NCBI RefSeq assembly: GCF_000698785.1
Contig: NZ_CP007536.1
Span: 1,800,001-1,832,000 of the forward strand
Direction: 5' to 3'
Length of the DNA: 32,000 bases
From: Nitrososphaera viennensis EN76
Lineage (GTDB): Archaea > Thermoproteota > Nitrososphaeria > Nitrososphaerales > Nitrososphaeraceae
The notes below the pieces were generated by a model that had not been told where the DNA came from, searched no databases, and saw nothing but the letters and a program-made list of their open reading frames with translations. Below are positions 31,621-32,000 of this stretch, in pieces; position 1 is the stretch's first letter, and each line of letters begins with the position of its first letter. The position numbers and the translations under genes were made by a program.

Positions 31621-32000
31621 ATGAGATTTTTGCTCAAGCTAATATTTATTAGGTATGTTCTAAGAGATATCGTGATAAAGTCTATCTGGCCTAACTTCTT
31701 TATCGTTGGTGCTCATAAAGGTGGGACCACCTCACTTTATGAATATTTAACTCAAGTTCCAGATATCTATATGTCCAAGATGAAAGAGCCACATTTTTTT
31801 GCTCCAAACGTTCAACCTACTTCCAAATTTCCTTATAAGGTAATAAGATCTGAGCAAAAGTATTTGGATCTATTTAAGGATGGAGAAACAAAACTTGCGG
31901 TTGGTGAAGCCAGTACATCCTACCTATGGGATCCAAAATCTCCTCATCTCATATCTGAAAAGATACCAAATGCAAAAATAATAATGATTCTGCGAGATCC
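31621..32000 (+). CDS. PAPS-dependent sulfotransferase (5' partial, runs off the window)
   Basis: My own translation from ATG 31621 is MRFLLKLIF...FFIVGAHKGGTTSLYEYL...KEPHFF...IIMILRD. This gives the 5'-PSB motif (GxxKGGTT) and the start of the 3'-PB motif. It is not in the ORF track because no stop lies inside the window. Confidence 0.8.
   Translation, partial: MRFLLKLIFIRYVLRDIVIKSIWPNFFIVGAHKGGTTSLYEYLTQVPDIYMSKMKEPHFFAPNVQPTSKFPYKVIRSEQKYLDLFKDGETKLAVGEASTSYLWDPKSPHLISEKIPNAKIIMILRD

Overview
Archaeal chromosomal window. The archaeal call rests on thermosome, Orc1/Cdc6, CDC48/VCP and TATA-type leaderless promoters. A soil thaumarchaeon such as Nitrososphaera is only my guess and cannot be verified here.

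The window has three parts.

(1) 1-18.2 kb is an accessory, mobile-element-rich and toxin-antitoxin-rich island. It holds:
- two paralogous wHTH + nucleotidyltransferase (AbiE-like) cassettes, VapBC and MNT-HEPN;
- an accessory Orc1/Cdc6 and a prokaryotic pentameric ligand-gated ion channel homologue;
- a frameshifted IS1595-like element;
- three 100% identical copies of a 79-bp MITE-like element;
- a 3.5-kb IS6-like transposon with 60-bp perfect terminal inverted repeats, an 8-bp TSD and three passenger genes of unknown function.

(2) 18.7-24 kb is a conserved proteostasis/heat-shock block: thermosome, an ArsR/Phr-like regulator, Hsp20 and CDC48. An identical 11-mer lies upstream of thermosome and hsp20.

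(3) 24-32 kb starts with relics of mobile elements (a TnpB 3' remnant and a split HTH gene). It then runs into a visibly AT-richer glycan-modification cluster: cupin, epimerase, large polytopic membrane protein, APS kinase, GT4 glycosyltransferase and sulfotransferase. This points to a sulfated glycan.

I found no rRNA, tRNA or CRISPR array.

The best candidates for undescribed biology are:
- the cargo of the IS6-like transposon (498-aa and 159-aa orphans plus an AbrB-like regulator with a perfectly symmetric four-site operator over the transposase promoter);
- the translationally coupled coiled-coil gene pair next to MNT-HEPN.

All family assignments come from motif recognition by eye; no database search was possible.
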